Shown one piece after another: positions 1-8,621 of a stretch of DNA of 39,119 nt. A program made the position numbers and the translations under genes. Source of the DNA: Candidatus Omnitrophota bacterium (lineage in GTDB: Bacteria; Omnitrophota; Gorgyraeia; Aquiviventales; Aquiviventaceae); the NCBI GenBank assembly GCA_023247195.1, contig JAHFGY010000007.1, positions 1 to 39,119 on the forward strand. Reading direction: 5' to 3'. Within the stretch, counting starts at the first letter, position 1; each line of letters begins with the position of its first letter. The notes under the pieces are model-generated. The model saw nothing but the letters and a program-made list of their open reading frames with translations, did not search any database and had not been told where the DNA came from.

Positions 1-1
1 A

Positions 2-232
2 GAAGCTAACGCGCGCTACGCGGTGAATCAAGGCGCTGCGATTCTGGAACCCAACCCGCAGCGCGCGGCGGATGCGGTTAAAAACCTGCTACTCGACCCG
101 AAAGCTTTCGAGCGTCTTCGCGCGCGCGCCGAAGAACTGGGGCAGGGCAATGCCGCGCAGCGCATCGCATCCGAGGTCGTGGCCCCGTTGGTGGCTCATT
201 TTTATGAAACGCGCCCTGAAACAGCACGTTGA
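2..232 (+). CDS. C-terminal fragment of a GT-B glycosyltransferase (MGDG synthase/MurG-like, GT28 C-terminal region), 5'-truncated by the window
   Basis: Frame is open from base 2: EANARYAVNQGAA...L..RAEELGQGNAAQRIA, resembling the (GQE)EANA...GAA...NAA..IA tail of MGDG synthase/MurG-type enzymes. Confidence 0.6.
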   Translation, partial: EANARYAVNQGAAILEPNPQRAADAVKNLLLDPKAFERLRARAEELGQGNAAQRIASEVVAPLVAHFYETRPETAR

Positions 233-914
233 GTCATTGGCCCAGATGGGGGTCACGCACGTGCCCCGCTCAAAGATCAAACCCCGGGCCAAAGTCAGCT
301 CTCAGCCGGCCGTCCATGAGCCCGGCGAGCCTCGCTCCGCCGATCCCGAGAACCTCATGGCTGAAATCGTCAAAGAAGCCCGCGCCTGCCGCGCGTGCCC
401 GCTTTACAAGGACGCGACCCAGGCCGTGGTGTTCGACGGCACGCCGCGCGCCCGGCTTGTTTTTGTCGGGGAAGCGCCGGGGTTCGAAGAGGACAAGCAA
501 GGCGTTCCTTTTGTCGGCGCAGCGGGCCAATTGCTCACCAAGATGATCCAAGCCATGGGCATGCAGCGCAGCGATGTTTTTATCTGCAACGTCGTGAAAC
601 ACCGGCCGCCGGGAAACCGCACACCTGAACCGGATGAAGCGGCCGCGTGCTTGCCGTTCCTGCAGCGTCAGCTTGCCATCGTGCAGCCAAAGCTGATTTG
701 CGCGCTCGGCTCGGTCGCGGCCAAAGCGTTGCTCGGCCCCGGTATTTCCATCATGAAAATCCGCGGCTCCGTTCAACAATACGCGGGCATCCCGCTCGTG
801 CCGACTTTCCATCCGGCTTATCTGCTGCGAAATCCGTCCGCCAAGAAGCTCGCGTGGGCCGATCTTCAGCTCGTCAAGCGACTGATCGATCAGCCAAGCG
901 ATTCCAGCGGCTAA
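204..914 (+). CDS. udg: Uracil-DNA glycosylase, family 4 (Fe-S type)
   Basis: CRACPLY, GEAPG, GVPFVGAAGQLL, NVVKHRPPGNR, HPAYLLRNP motifs; ATG 204 chosen over the longer ORF start at 72. Confidence 0.93.
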   Translation: MKRALKQHVESLAQMGVTHVPRSKIKPRAKVSSQPAVHEPGEPRSADPENLMAEIVKEARACRACPLYKDATQAVVFDGTPRARLVFVGEAPGFEEDKQGVPFVGAAGQLLTKMIQAMGMQRSDVFICNVVKHRPPGNRTPEPDEAAACLPFLQRQLAIVQPKLICALGSVAAKALLGPGISIMKIRGSVQQYAGIPLVPTFHPAYLLRNPSAKKLAWADLQLVKRLIDQPSDSSG

Positions 915-927
915 GGCCGTTTTCCCG

Positions 928-2895
928 ATGATCGCCCGTGTCGTATTCAACTTGCCGCTTGATCGCTCCTTCGATTATGCCGTGCCTCAAGAGTTGAGCG
1001 ACCGGATCCGTCCCGGCGTCCGGGTCGCGGTTCCGTTCGGCCGCCGGCAGATGATCGGATTCGTGTCCGAGTCCGCGGAAAAAAGCGAGTGGGCCGAGCT
1101 CAAGCCGGTGCGCCGCGTGATCGACCCTTGGCCTGTCATCAGCGCGGACCGATGGGACCTGGCGCGCTGGCTCGAGCGCCGGTACGCATGCAGCTTGGGC
1201 GAGGCACTCGCGGCCATGGTGCCTCAAGGCCTGCGGCTCAAGCCGGACGCGGCTGCGCCGTCCTTGGCCGCAGACGCCTCTGCTCTTGAGAAACCGCCGG
1301 CATTGACCGCTCACCAGGCGCGCGCCTGGGCCGCGATCCGCGGCGCGCTGGCAAAGGGAAGCTCGCTTCTTCTCCATGGCATCACGAGCTCAGGCAAGAC
1401 CGAGCTCTATCTGCGCGGCGTGGCCGAAGTGTTGGAAGAAGGCCGCTCGGCCATTTGCTTGATCCCGGAAATTTCGCTCACCCCCCAAACGCTTGAGCGC
1501 TTCCGCGCCCGGTTCGGCGCTGACCGTGTGATTTTATGGCACAGCCGGCTCAAGGCGCGCCAGCGGGGCATCGCGTGGCTCGCAGCCGCAAGTGACCAAC
1601 GGCCGCATGTGATTGTCGGACCACGCTCGGCCGTGTTCGCTCCGGTGCGGCGGCTCGGGCTAATCGTGATCGACGAAGAGCACGAGGCCACCTATAAACA
1701 AGAAGACGTTCCGCGCTACCACGCGCGCGACGTGGCCGAAGCCCGCGCTCGCTTGGCCGGCGCGGCCGTGATCCTCGGCAGCGCAACACCCGCTATTGAG
1801 ACGTACTACCGCGCTGAGCAGGGCACGCTTGAGCGCGTGACGCTGCCCGAGCGCATCCACGAACGGCCGCTGCCGCAAGTCGACATCGTGGACATGCGCG
1901 GCGAAGCCGGCGGCCGGCGCGGCGTGTTCTCCGTTCCGCTGCGCATGCGGCTCGAGCAAGCTCTTTCGCGCAACGACCAAGTCATGCTGTTGCTGAATCG
2001 CCGCGGTTTTGCCCGCACGGCGCTCTGTACGTCGTGCGGCTGGATGGCGCAGTGCCCGGCTTGCTCCATTCCGATGATTTACCACGCGGACCGCAAGCAG
2101 CTCATCTGCCACCATTGCAACAAGGAACAAGCGGTTCCGGACGACTGCCCGGCTTGCGGCAAAGGCTATTTGCGCATGCGCGGATCCGGCACGCAAAAGA
2201 TCGAGTCCGAGCTCCATCGTTTTTTTCCCGCCGCGAGCGTGGCCCGGATGGATTCCGACAGCATGAGCGATCCCGCCAGCCACGATTCTCTCTACTCCGC
2301 CTTTAAGAATCGCGACATCGGCTTGCTGGTCGGCACGCAGATGATCGCCAAAGGCCTGGATTTTCCGGCGGTCACGCTGGTGGGCATTGTTTCCGCGGAC
2401 ACCTCGCTCCACTTGCCTGATTTCCGAGCGGGCGAGCGAACCTTCACGCTGCTGACCCAGGTCGCGGGCCGGGCCGGGCGAGGGGAGAGCCCGGGACGCG
2501 TGATCCTTCAGACGCATCATCCCGAGCACCCGGCGATCCAAGCCGCGGCTAAACATGACTACACCGGATTTTACGCTCAGGAAATCGTCGAGCGCCGTCG
2601 CCTTGGGCTTCCGCCTTTCCGGCACTTGGTCGAGCTCACGGTGCTTGGCCGGCAGCACAAGCGGGTGGAGGAAGCGGCCGCGGCCTTGGCGGATGGGCTG
2701 GCCAAACAACTCGATCCTTCCATGGAATTATTGGGCCCGGCGCCGCACCGCATTCCTAAGTTGCGGGGCACGTACCGCGTTTGCCTACTTGTAAAAGGAC
2801 CGGCTCCCGAAGCGCTCGTGCAAACGATCCAGCGGTGTTTGGAGCCCGGCCGAAAATTCCAGGGCTTGCCGGTCGGCGTGGATGTGGACCCCTAG
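928..2895 (+). CDS. priA: Primosomal protein N' (replication restart helicase)
   Basis: N-terminal FDY/VPFG 3'-binding domain, GITSSGKT Walker A, DEEH, SATP, two Cys4 zinc-site patterns, QVAGRAGR, C-terminal DVDP. Confidence 0.97.
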   Translation: MIARVVFNLPLDRSFDYAVPQELSDRIRPGVRVAVPFGRRQMIGFVSESAEKSEWAELKPVRRVIDPWPVISADRWDLARWLERRYACSLGEALAAMVPQGLRLKPDAAAPSLAADASALEKPPALTAHQARAWAAIRGALAKGSSLLLHGITSSGKTELYLRGVAEVLEEGRSAICLIPEISLTPQTLERFRARFGADRVILWHSRLKARQRGIAWLAAASDQRPHVIVGPRSAVFAPVRRLGLIVIDEEHEATYKQEDVPRYHARDVAEARARLAGAAVILGSATPAIETYYRAEQGTLERVTLPERIHERPLPQVDIVDMRGEAGGRRGVFSVPLRMRLEQALSRNDQVMLLLNRRGFARTALCTSCGWMAQCPACSIPMIYHADRKQLICHHCNKEQAVPDDCPACGKGYLRMRGSGTQKIESELHRFFPAASVARMDSDSMSDPASHDSLYSAFKNRDIGLLVGTQMIAKGLDFPAVTLVGIVSADTSLHLPDFRAGERTFTLLTQVAGRAGRGESPGRVILQTHHPEHPAIQAAAKHDYTGFYAQEIVERRRLGLPPFRHLVELTVLGRQHKRVEEAAAALADGLAKQLDPSMELLGPAPHRIPKLRGTYRVCLLVKGPAPEALVQTIQRCLEPGRKFQGLPVGVDVDP

Positions 2896-2899
2896 CGCC

Positions 2900-2927
2900 T
2901 TGCTTTTTCATCCGACGCCGTTAGAAT
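2900..2927 (+). promoter_or_regulatory. Putative sigma70 promoter for def-fmt-galT
   Basis: TTGCTT (2900-2905), 16 bp, TAGAAT (2922-2927) in the priA-def gap. Confidence 0.5.
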
Positions 2928-2957
2928 AACGAAAGTCGCCCTGCGGCCGCGAAACCC

Positions 2958-3455
2958 ATGGCAGTCTGTCCTCTATCGCTTGAACCGGATCCGGTGCTGC
3001 GGGGTCCGGCTGGAAAAGTGAGCGCTTTTGGCCCGCCGATTAAGCGCCTGGTCCGAAACATGCTGGATACCATGTACGCGAACGACGGGATCGGCATTGC
3101 CGCGCCGCAGATCGGCCAGCCGGTTCAAGTGTTTATCGCCAATCCGTCGCGCCGCCGGGGAGAAGAGCTCGTGGCGATCAATCCGCAACTGACACTGGGC
3201 CGCAGCCGCACCATCGGCACGGAAGGGTGTTTGAGCCTGCCAGACATTTGGGGAAAAGTGCGGCGCTTCTCTGAGGTGCGCATGAAAGCGCACGATCTGT
3301 CCGGCAAACGCTATGAAGTCGAGGCAGGCGGTTTGATGGCTGTTGTTCTGCAGCATGAGTTTGATCACCTTCAAGGAACCTTATTCATCGACCGGTTGTC
3401 TTGGATCGAGAAGCACCGTCTCCGGCGCGCGCTCCGAATACTGGCATGCGAGTGA
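2958..3455 (+). CDS. def: Peptide deformylase
   Basis: GIGIAAPQIG, EGCLS, QHEFDHLQG motifs; next to fmt. Confidence 0.97.
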   Translation: MAVCPLSLEPDPVLRGPAGKVSAFGPPIKRLVRNMLDTMYANDGIGIAAPQIGQPVQVFIANPSRRRGEELVAINPQLTLGRSRTIGTEGCLSLPDIWGKVRRFSEVRMKAHDLSGKRYEVEAGGLMAVVLQHEFDHLQGTLFIDRLSWIEKHRLRRALRILACE

Positions 3456-4375
3456 TTTTCTTCGGCACGTCCGCTTTCGCGGTTCCGAGCCTTGAGCGGC
3501 TCGTGGCCAGCGGCCACGCGGTCGTGCTCTGCGTGACGCAGCCGGATAAACCCAAAGGCAGGGGATTGAACGTGGAAGCTTCCCCCGTAAAGCAAGCGGC
3601 GCTAAAACTTAGCGTGCCGCTTGCGCAACCCGAACGCCTGAAGCGCGAATCCTTGGGTCCTGTCCAGGCCGACATCGGCGTGGTTGCGGCTTACGGCCAG
3701 CTCATCCGCCGCGACGTGCTGGACTTACCCGCTCAGGGCATTCTTGGCGTGCACCCGTCGCTCTTGCCTCGCCACCGCGGCGCGGCGCCGGTTGCTTGGG
3801 CGCTCCTAAACGGCGACCCGCTCACCGGCGTCACGATTTTCCGGCTGAACGAACGGCTCGATGCCGGCCCCATGCTTCGCACGCAAGCGTACCCGGTGCA
3901 TGAAACCGACACCACGGAAACGCTCACCGAACGCCTCGCGCTTTTTGGCGCGGATCAGCTTATTCTCACCTTGTCCGATATTGCGGAGGGCCTTGCCAAG
4001 GATGCGCCGCAAGACGATTCCGCGGCCACGCTTGCCCCGAAACTGACAAAGGAGCAAAGCCGAATTCATTGGAAGAAGGATGCCCCCGCGATCGCCCGCC
4101 AGGTGCGCGCCCTCTGGCCTTGGCCCGGAGCCCTGACCGAGCTCGGCGACACCCGCTTGAAAATCGCTTCCGCCGAAGCGCTGCCGGTTAATGCCTCAGG
4201 CCCGCCGGGCACGGTGCTGCAAGCCTCGGCGGCTGGACTCGACATTGCCGCGGGAAGCGGCGTGGTCCGCATCCGCGAGTTGCAACCCGCGGGCAAGCGG
4301 CGCATGAGCGCCGCGGCCTTTTTGGCCGGCCACCCGATCGCCCCTGGAACCTGTCTTGGAGGATCGCATGCCTGA
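3446..4375 (+). CDS. fmt: Methionyl-tRNA formyltransferase
   Basis: MRVIFFGT, TQPDKPKGRG, HPSLLPRHRGAAP, LDAGP, LQPAGKRRM; ATG 3446 overlaps the end of def. Confidence 0.96.
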   Translation: MRVIFFGTSAFAVPSLERLVASGHAVVLCVTQPDKPKGRGLNVEASPVKQAALKLSVPLAQPERLKRESLGPVQADIGVVAAYGQLIRRDVLDLPAQGILGVHPSLLPRHRGAAPVAWALLNGDPLTGVTIFRLNERLDAGPMLRTQAYPVHETDTTETLTERLALFGADQLILTLSDIAEGLAKDAPQDDSAATLAPKLTKEQSRIHWKKDAPAIARQVRALWPWPGALTELGDTRLKIASAEALPVNASGPPGTVLQASAAGLDIAAGSGVVRIRELQPAGKRRMSAAAFLAGHPIAPGTCLGGSHA

Positions 4376-5402
4376 ACTACGCAAAGACCCCTTGACCCGA
4401 CGCTGGGTCATCATCGCCACCGAACGCGCGAACCGGCCGCTCGACTTTAGCGCCTCACAGCCCGCTCCGCTGCCCGCGGCCGACTGCCCGTTCTGCGAGG
4501 GCCGGGAAGGCGACACGCGCAAAGAAATTTTTGCGGTCCGCTCCAAGGCCGGCTCGGCCGCGAACAGCGGCGGCTGGCAAGTACGCGTGATCCCGAGCCT
4601 GAACCCGGTGCTCCGCGTCGAGGGCAACCTGAACCGCCGCGCGGAAGGCATGTACGACGTTATGGACGGCGTGGGCGCCCATGAGATGATCATCGAATGC
4701 CCGCATCACGAAAACAACTTGGCCGAGCTCTCGATTGAGCAAATCGCCGCGGTTCTTACGACCGCCACCACGCGCATGGAAGATCTTTCCAAGGATCAAC
4801 GATTCCGCTACGTGCTTTGGTTTAAAAACCACGGATCCATCGCCGGCGCGGGCCGCATCGCGCACGCGCGCTCGCAGCTCATCGCCACACCGATCACGCC
4901 AAAGCTCGTCAAAGAGGAGCTCATCGGCGCTCGCCGCTATTTCGAGGAAAAAGACCGCTGCCTTTTGTGCGACCTGATCCGCCAGGAGCAAGAGGGTGGC
5001 TCGCGCATTGTCCTTGAGTCGCGCGAGATGATCGCGCTGTCGCCGTTTGCGGCCCGGTTTCCTTTTGAAGTCTGGATTTTGCCGAAAGTCCACAGCTGCG
5101 ATTTTCAGAAAGCATCGGCGGCCGTGCTGGTCGACATGGCGGGCGTGTTAAAGGGAGTGCTCTTGCGGCTCAAATCCGTGCTGGATAATCCTTCTTATAA
5201 CATCGTCCTCCACACCGCGCCGTTGCGCCACCAACGCGAGCGTTTGGGCCATTGGAAAACGCTCGAGGACGATTTTCATTGGCACTTGGAACTGATTCCT
5301 CGGCTTGCCCGTGTGGCCGGCTTCGAATGGGGGAGCGGCTTTTACATCAACCCCACGCCTCCTGAGCAAACCGCCAACTACCTGAGGAACGCGAATGTCT
5401 GA
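4368..5402 (+). CDS. GalT-family nucleotidyltransferase paralog A (catalytic His replaced by Arg)
   Basis: ELRKDPLTRRWVIIATERANRP, CPFC, HARSQ instead of HxHSQ, HWHLE, AGFEWG; SD GGAGG upstream of ATG 4368. Confidence 0.88.
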   Translation: MPELRKDPLTRRWVIIATERANRPLDFSASQPAPLPAADCPFCEGREGDTRKEIFAVRSKAGSAANSGGWQVRVIPSLNPVLRVEGNLNRRAEGMYDVMDGVGAHEMIIECPHHENNLAELSIEQIAAVLTTATTRMEDLSKDQRFRYVLWFKNHGSIAGAGRIAHARSQLIATPITPKLVKEELIGARRYFEEKDRCLLCDLIRQEQEGGSRIVLESREMIALSPFAARFPFEVWILPKVHSCDFQKASAAVLVDMAGVLKGVLLRLKSVLDNPSYNIVLHTAPLRHQRERLGHWKTLEDDFHWHLELIPRLARVAGFEWGSGFYINPTPPEQTANYLRNANV

Positions 5403-6405
5403 GCTGCGGCGAGATCCGATCACGGGCCGGTGGACCATCATCGATATGCAGGAAGGCCCGGCTCCTGAACCGCCTGCGGAAACGGAAACCCAGACTCCCG
5501 GCGTGGGGCCGCAGCACTGCCCGTTTTGCCCGGGTCATGAAAATCTCACGCCGCCTGAAATCTACGCTCAGCGCCAAGCCGGCTCGGCTCCAAACGCTGG
5601 CGGCTGGGACGTGCGCGTTGTGCCGAACAAATTCCCGGCGCTCCAAATCGAGGGAACGCTCAGCCGGCGCGGTTTTGGCGTGCTTGACCAGTGCACGGGT
5701 ATCGGCGCGCATGAGGTCATTATCGAAACGCCGAACCATACGCGCCAAACCGAAGACTTCACCGTGGATGAGCTCCTCAAGGTGCTTGAGGCTTACAAGG
5801 CTCGCTCGCTCGACCTGCGGAACGATGCGCGGTTGAAGTACTCGCTTATTTTTAAGAACGTCGGCACCGCTGCCGGGGCAACGCTCGAGCACGCGCACTC
5901 GCAGCTCATTGCGCTGCCCATCGTACCCAAACGCGTTCAAGAAGAGCTCAATGGTGCCGAGCGCTACTACGATTTCCGCGAGCGCTGCGTGTTCTGCGAC
6001 ATGCTCCACCAAGAGCTTCAGCAGGACGAGCGCATTGTTTGCGAGAACCACAGCTTTGTCGCGTATTGTCCCTTTGTGTCGCGCTTTCCTTTTGAGACGT
6101 GGATCCTGCCCAAAATCCACAACGTGGATTTTGACGCAACGCCCACCGAAGCCCTTCGCGACCTCAGCCGCCTGCTCAAGGAGGTCCTGGAGCGCCTGCG
6201 CGCTGCGCTAAACAGACCTTCCTATAACTTCATGATCCACACCGCGCCCATCGACAGCCGCCAGCGCGACACCTACCACTGGCATATCGAGCTGATACCG
6301 GCGCTTACGCGCATCGCCGGATTCGAATGGGGCACAGGCTTTTACATCAATCCCACCCCCCCGGAACAAGCCGCCGATAGGCTTCGCGGGGCGGCCATTG
6401 ATTGA
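5395..6405 (+). CDS. galT: GalT-family nucleotidyltransferase paralog B (catalytic HxH intact)
   Basis: CPFCPG, VPNKFPAL, GAHEVIIE, HAHSQ, HWHIE, AGFEWG; lacks the N-terminal RAxRP motif; start overlaps the paralog A stop. Confidence 0.9.
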   Translation: MSELRRDPITGRWTIIDMQEGPAPEPPAETETQTPGVGPQHCPFCPGHENLTPPEIYAQRQAGSAPNAGGWDVRVVPNKFPALQIEGTLSRRGFGVLDQCTGIGAHEVIIETPNHTRQTEDFTVDELLKVLEAYKARSLDLRNDARLKYSLIFKNVGTAAGATLEHAHSQLIALPIVPKRVQEELNGAERYYDFRERCVFCDMLHQELQQDERIVCENHSFVAYCPFVSRFPFETWILPKIHNVDFDATPTEALRDLSRLLKEVLERLRAALNRPSYNFMIHTAPIDSRQRDTYHWHIELIPALTRIAGFEWGTGFYINPTPPEQAADRLRGAAID

Positions 6406-6430
6406 CGACGCTGAAGCGCACTTCTATAAT
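6402..6430 (+). promoter_or_regulatory. Sigma70 promoter for gap
   Basis: TTGACG (6402-6407), 17 bp, TATAAT (6425-6430); SD AAGGAGG at about 6469-6475. Confidence 0.8.
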
Positions 6431-6479
6431 AGGTGATTGAGTACACGGCTTTTCATCACCATTTTCTTAAGGAGGTTTG

Positions 6480-7490
6480 ATGGCTATTCGGGTCGGTATT
6501 AATGGATTTGGACGCATCGGTCGGAACGTTTTCCGCGCAGGCCTCAACCGCAAAGACATTGAGTTTGTCGCGATCAACGATCTGCCCACGCCCGCTGAAA
6601 CAATGTACTACCTGCTCAAGTACGACTCGATCCTCGGCACCCTCAACGCTGACGTCAAGGTCACCGAAGGCGCGCTAACGGTCAACGGCAAGACCGTCAA
6701 GCTTTTCACCAGCAAGAACCCGGCTGAGATCCCCTGGGGCGACCTCAACGTCGACCTCGTCGTGGAATCGACCGGCGTGTTCACCGAGGCGGAGAAGGCC
6801 AAAGGCCACATCAATAAGAGCGTCAAAAAAGTCATCATCACCGCGCCGGCCAAGGGCGAAGATTTCTCGGTTGTGCTGGGGGTGAATGACAAGAACTACG
6901 AGCCGACCAAGCACCACATCATCTCGAACGCCTCATGCACCACAAATTGCGTGGTGCCCATGGCAAAGGTGCTGCACGAGACATTCAAGATCGTGCGCGG
7001 CTATATGACTACGATTCACTCGTACACCAATGACCAGCGGTTGCTGGACTTGGCGCACAAAGACGTTCGCCGCGCGCGCGCGGCCGCGCTCTCGCTGATC
7101 CCCAGCTCAACCGGAGCCGCCAAGATGGTCGGCGTGGTGTTTCCGGAGCTGAAGGGCCGAATCGACGGCACTTCCATCCGCGTTCCCACTCCGAACGTTT
7201 CTCTCGTCGATTTCAGCGCGCAGGTTGAGAAAGAGGCCACGGTCGAGTCCATCAACGCCGCATTCAAGACCGCCGCGGCTGGGCCCCTTAAGGGAATCCT
7301 TCAATATCAAACGGACCAGCTCGTCTCTCGAGACTTCAACGGCAACCCGCACTCCTGCATCTTCGACTCCACGATGACCGCTGTCGTTGATAAGAACCTC
7401 GTTAAGGCCTTTGGCTGGTATGACAACGAGTGGGGTTATTCGAACCGCGTCGTGGATTTGATCGAGTTCATCGCCAAGCGCGGCGTGTAG
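6480..7490 (+). CDS. gap: Glyceraldehyde-3-phosphate dehydrogenase, type I
   Basis: GINGFGRIGR, SNASCTTNC, WYDNEWGYS; strong SD. Confidence 0.98.
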   Translation: MAIRVGINGFGRIGRNVFRAGLNRKDIEFVAINDLPTPAETMYYLLKYDSILGTLNADVKVTEGALTVNGKTVKLFTSKNPAEIPWGDLNVDLVVESTGVFTEAEKAKGHINKSVKKVIITAPAKGEDFSVVLGVNDKNYEPTKHHIISNASCTTNCVVPMAKVLHETFKIVRGYMTTIHSYTNDQRLLDLAHKDVRRARAAALSLIPSSTGAAKMVGVVFPELKGRIDGTSIRVPTPNVSLVDFSAQVEKEATVESINAAFKTAAAGPLKGILQYQTDQLVSRDFNGNPHSCIFDSTMTAVVDKNLVKAFGWYDNEWGYSNRVVDLIEFIAKRGV

Positions 7491-7527
7491 CCGATCGTTC
7501 GGGACCGGCAAACAACCGGGAGGCGCT

Positions 7528-7863
7528 ATGATACAGGAACGTCGGCAAGTTCCTCGCGCTCGAACGTATCTGCCTGTCCGGATCCAGCCAGCGAATGGCG
7601 GCCCCGCTGTCGAAACATTGACGCGGGATATCGGCTATCACGGCATGCGCTGCCTGTGTTCAACGCCGATCGCGGCCAACACGCCTGTGCGGATCTTTTT
7701 GACGCTGCCGCTGCGGCGAACGGTTGTGGCTCTGCAAGCCCAAACGCAATGGCTCCGCGAGCTGCCGCACTGCGATCAGTTTGAGGTGGGAATTGTTTTT
7801 GTAACGGAGCCGCCCGACGAGTACCGGCAGGTATTGACCAGTTATTTCAGCGCCGCGGTTTAG
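7528..7863 (+). CDS. Stand-alone PilZ-domain protein
   Basis: ERRQVPR (RxxxR), DIGYHG (variant DxSxxG), C-terminal GIVF; SD GGAGG. Confidence 0.75.
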   Translation: MIQERRQVPRARTYLPVRIQPANGGPAVETLTRDIGYHGMRCLCSTPIAANTPVRIFLTLPLRRTVVALQAQTQWLRELPHCDQFEVGIVFVTEPPDEYRQVLTSYFSAAV

Positions 7864-8386
7864 ATTTTTGTCGGGCACGTTTGCGTAAGACAGACGCTAA
7901 AACCGCTTCCGCGCCTTTTTCTTCCAGCAGGAAATCCCAGAGCTGGAGCAGCAGCCGGGAGAATTTCTTCGCCGGCCCTTTGCGCGAACGGCCTTCGGTC
8001 TGCTTGATCGCTTGCCAGCTTTGATAAGCTTCCGCTGCGTTCTTTGCGCTGCTCTTTCCAAAGACATGCGGGTGGCGGCGGATCATCTTTTCACGGGTGC
8101 GCGCCAGCATGCGCCCCAGCGAAACCCGTCCGGCCTGCTCGCCGCGCATGGCCATGAACACAACGGTGTACAGCAGGTCGCCGAGTTCTTCTTCCAGGGC
8201 GTCGGTTTGGTGCCCGTGCTTGCGCGCGGCTTCAAGCACTTCCCATGATTCTTCAACGAGGCAGGGAAGTAGGCTATCTAACGTTTGAGCCCGATCCCAC
8301 GGGCACCCTCCCGGGCCCTGCAATAGCTGAGAAGTAGCTACCAGGCCCCAGAAGGGATCTTCGGCGTGTTTGTTGGTTTGACCCAT
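7847..8386 (-). CDS. mazG: Short MazG-family nucleoside triphosphate pyrophosphohydrolase
   Basis: GCPWDRAQT, EESWEVLEA, EEELGDLL, KMIRRHPHVFG, WQAIK; ATG 8386 with GGAG upstream. Confidence 0.88.
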   Translation of the reverse strand: MGQTNKHAEDPFWGLVATSQLLQGPGGCPWDRAQTLDSLLPCLVEESWEVLEAARKHGHQTDALEEELGDLLYTVVFMAMRGEQAGRVSLGRMLARTREKMIRRHPHVFGKSSAKNAAEAYQSWQAIKQTEGRSRKGPAKKFSRLLLQLWDFLLEEKGAEAVLASVLRKRARQKSKPRR

Positions 8387-8406
8387 CTCGAAGTCTCCAT
8401 TATAAT
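8378..8406 (+). promoter_or_regulatory. Sigma70 promoter for the small protein-HIT-PilZ-GDPD-patatin run
   Basis: TTGACC (8378-8383), 17 bp, TATAAT (8401-8406). Confidence 0.75.
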
Positions 8407-8450
8407 AAGGGTTCTTGTTCGGCACAATCACAGTGAGGAGTGAGGGCAAC

Positions 8451-8621
8451 ATGGGACTGAATACACGCCCCGCGGCTTGCAGCAGCACCGGCAAACGCCT
8501 GCGGCGCAAGACCTGGTACTACCGGGACGGAAAGTATTTCTATAACAAGCGCGCCTGGGATGCTGAGAAGAGCAAGGCGGCTGAAAAGGCTGAGTCCGGG
8601 GGTGAGGCAAAGGCTGCATGA
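8451..8621 (+). CDS. Small basic hypothetical protein (56 aa), possibly a degenerate TRASH/zinc-ribbon-like fold
   Basis: Downstream of a consensus promoter, SD-like GAGGAG/GAGGG, stop overlaps the HIT start (ATGA). Confidence 0.7.
   Translation: MGLNTRPAACSSTGKRLRRKTWYYRDGKYFYNKRAWDAEKSKAAEKAESGGEAKAA

Noticed and set aside
72-203. Longer N-terminus of the udg ORF
   Set aside because: Overlaps the upstream glycosyltransferase frame extensively; ATG 204 gives a typical length
1660-2709. 349-aa antisense ORF within priA, and similar long shadow ORFs at 5347-6120, 10331-11116, 12268-13092, 19252-20247, 32518-33270, 33440-34189 and 36349-37083
   Set aside because: They lie opposite well-supported genes, have no recognisable motifs, and are expected from GC-rich codon bias
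5319-6356. Direct DNA repeats such as TTCGAATGGGG...GGCTTTTACATCAA about 1 kb apart
   Set aside because: Explained by conserved codons of the two galT paralogs, not a mobile element or array
8387-8509. Extended mazG N-terminus in the ORF track
   Set aside because: Would run through the promoter and overlap the divergent small gene; ATG 8386 fits the family start
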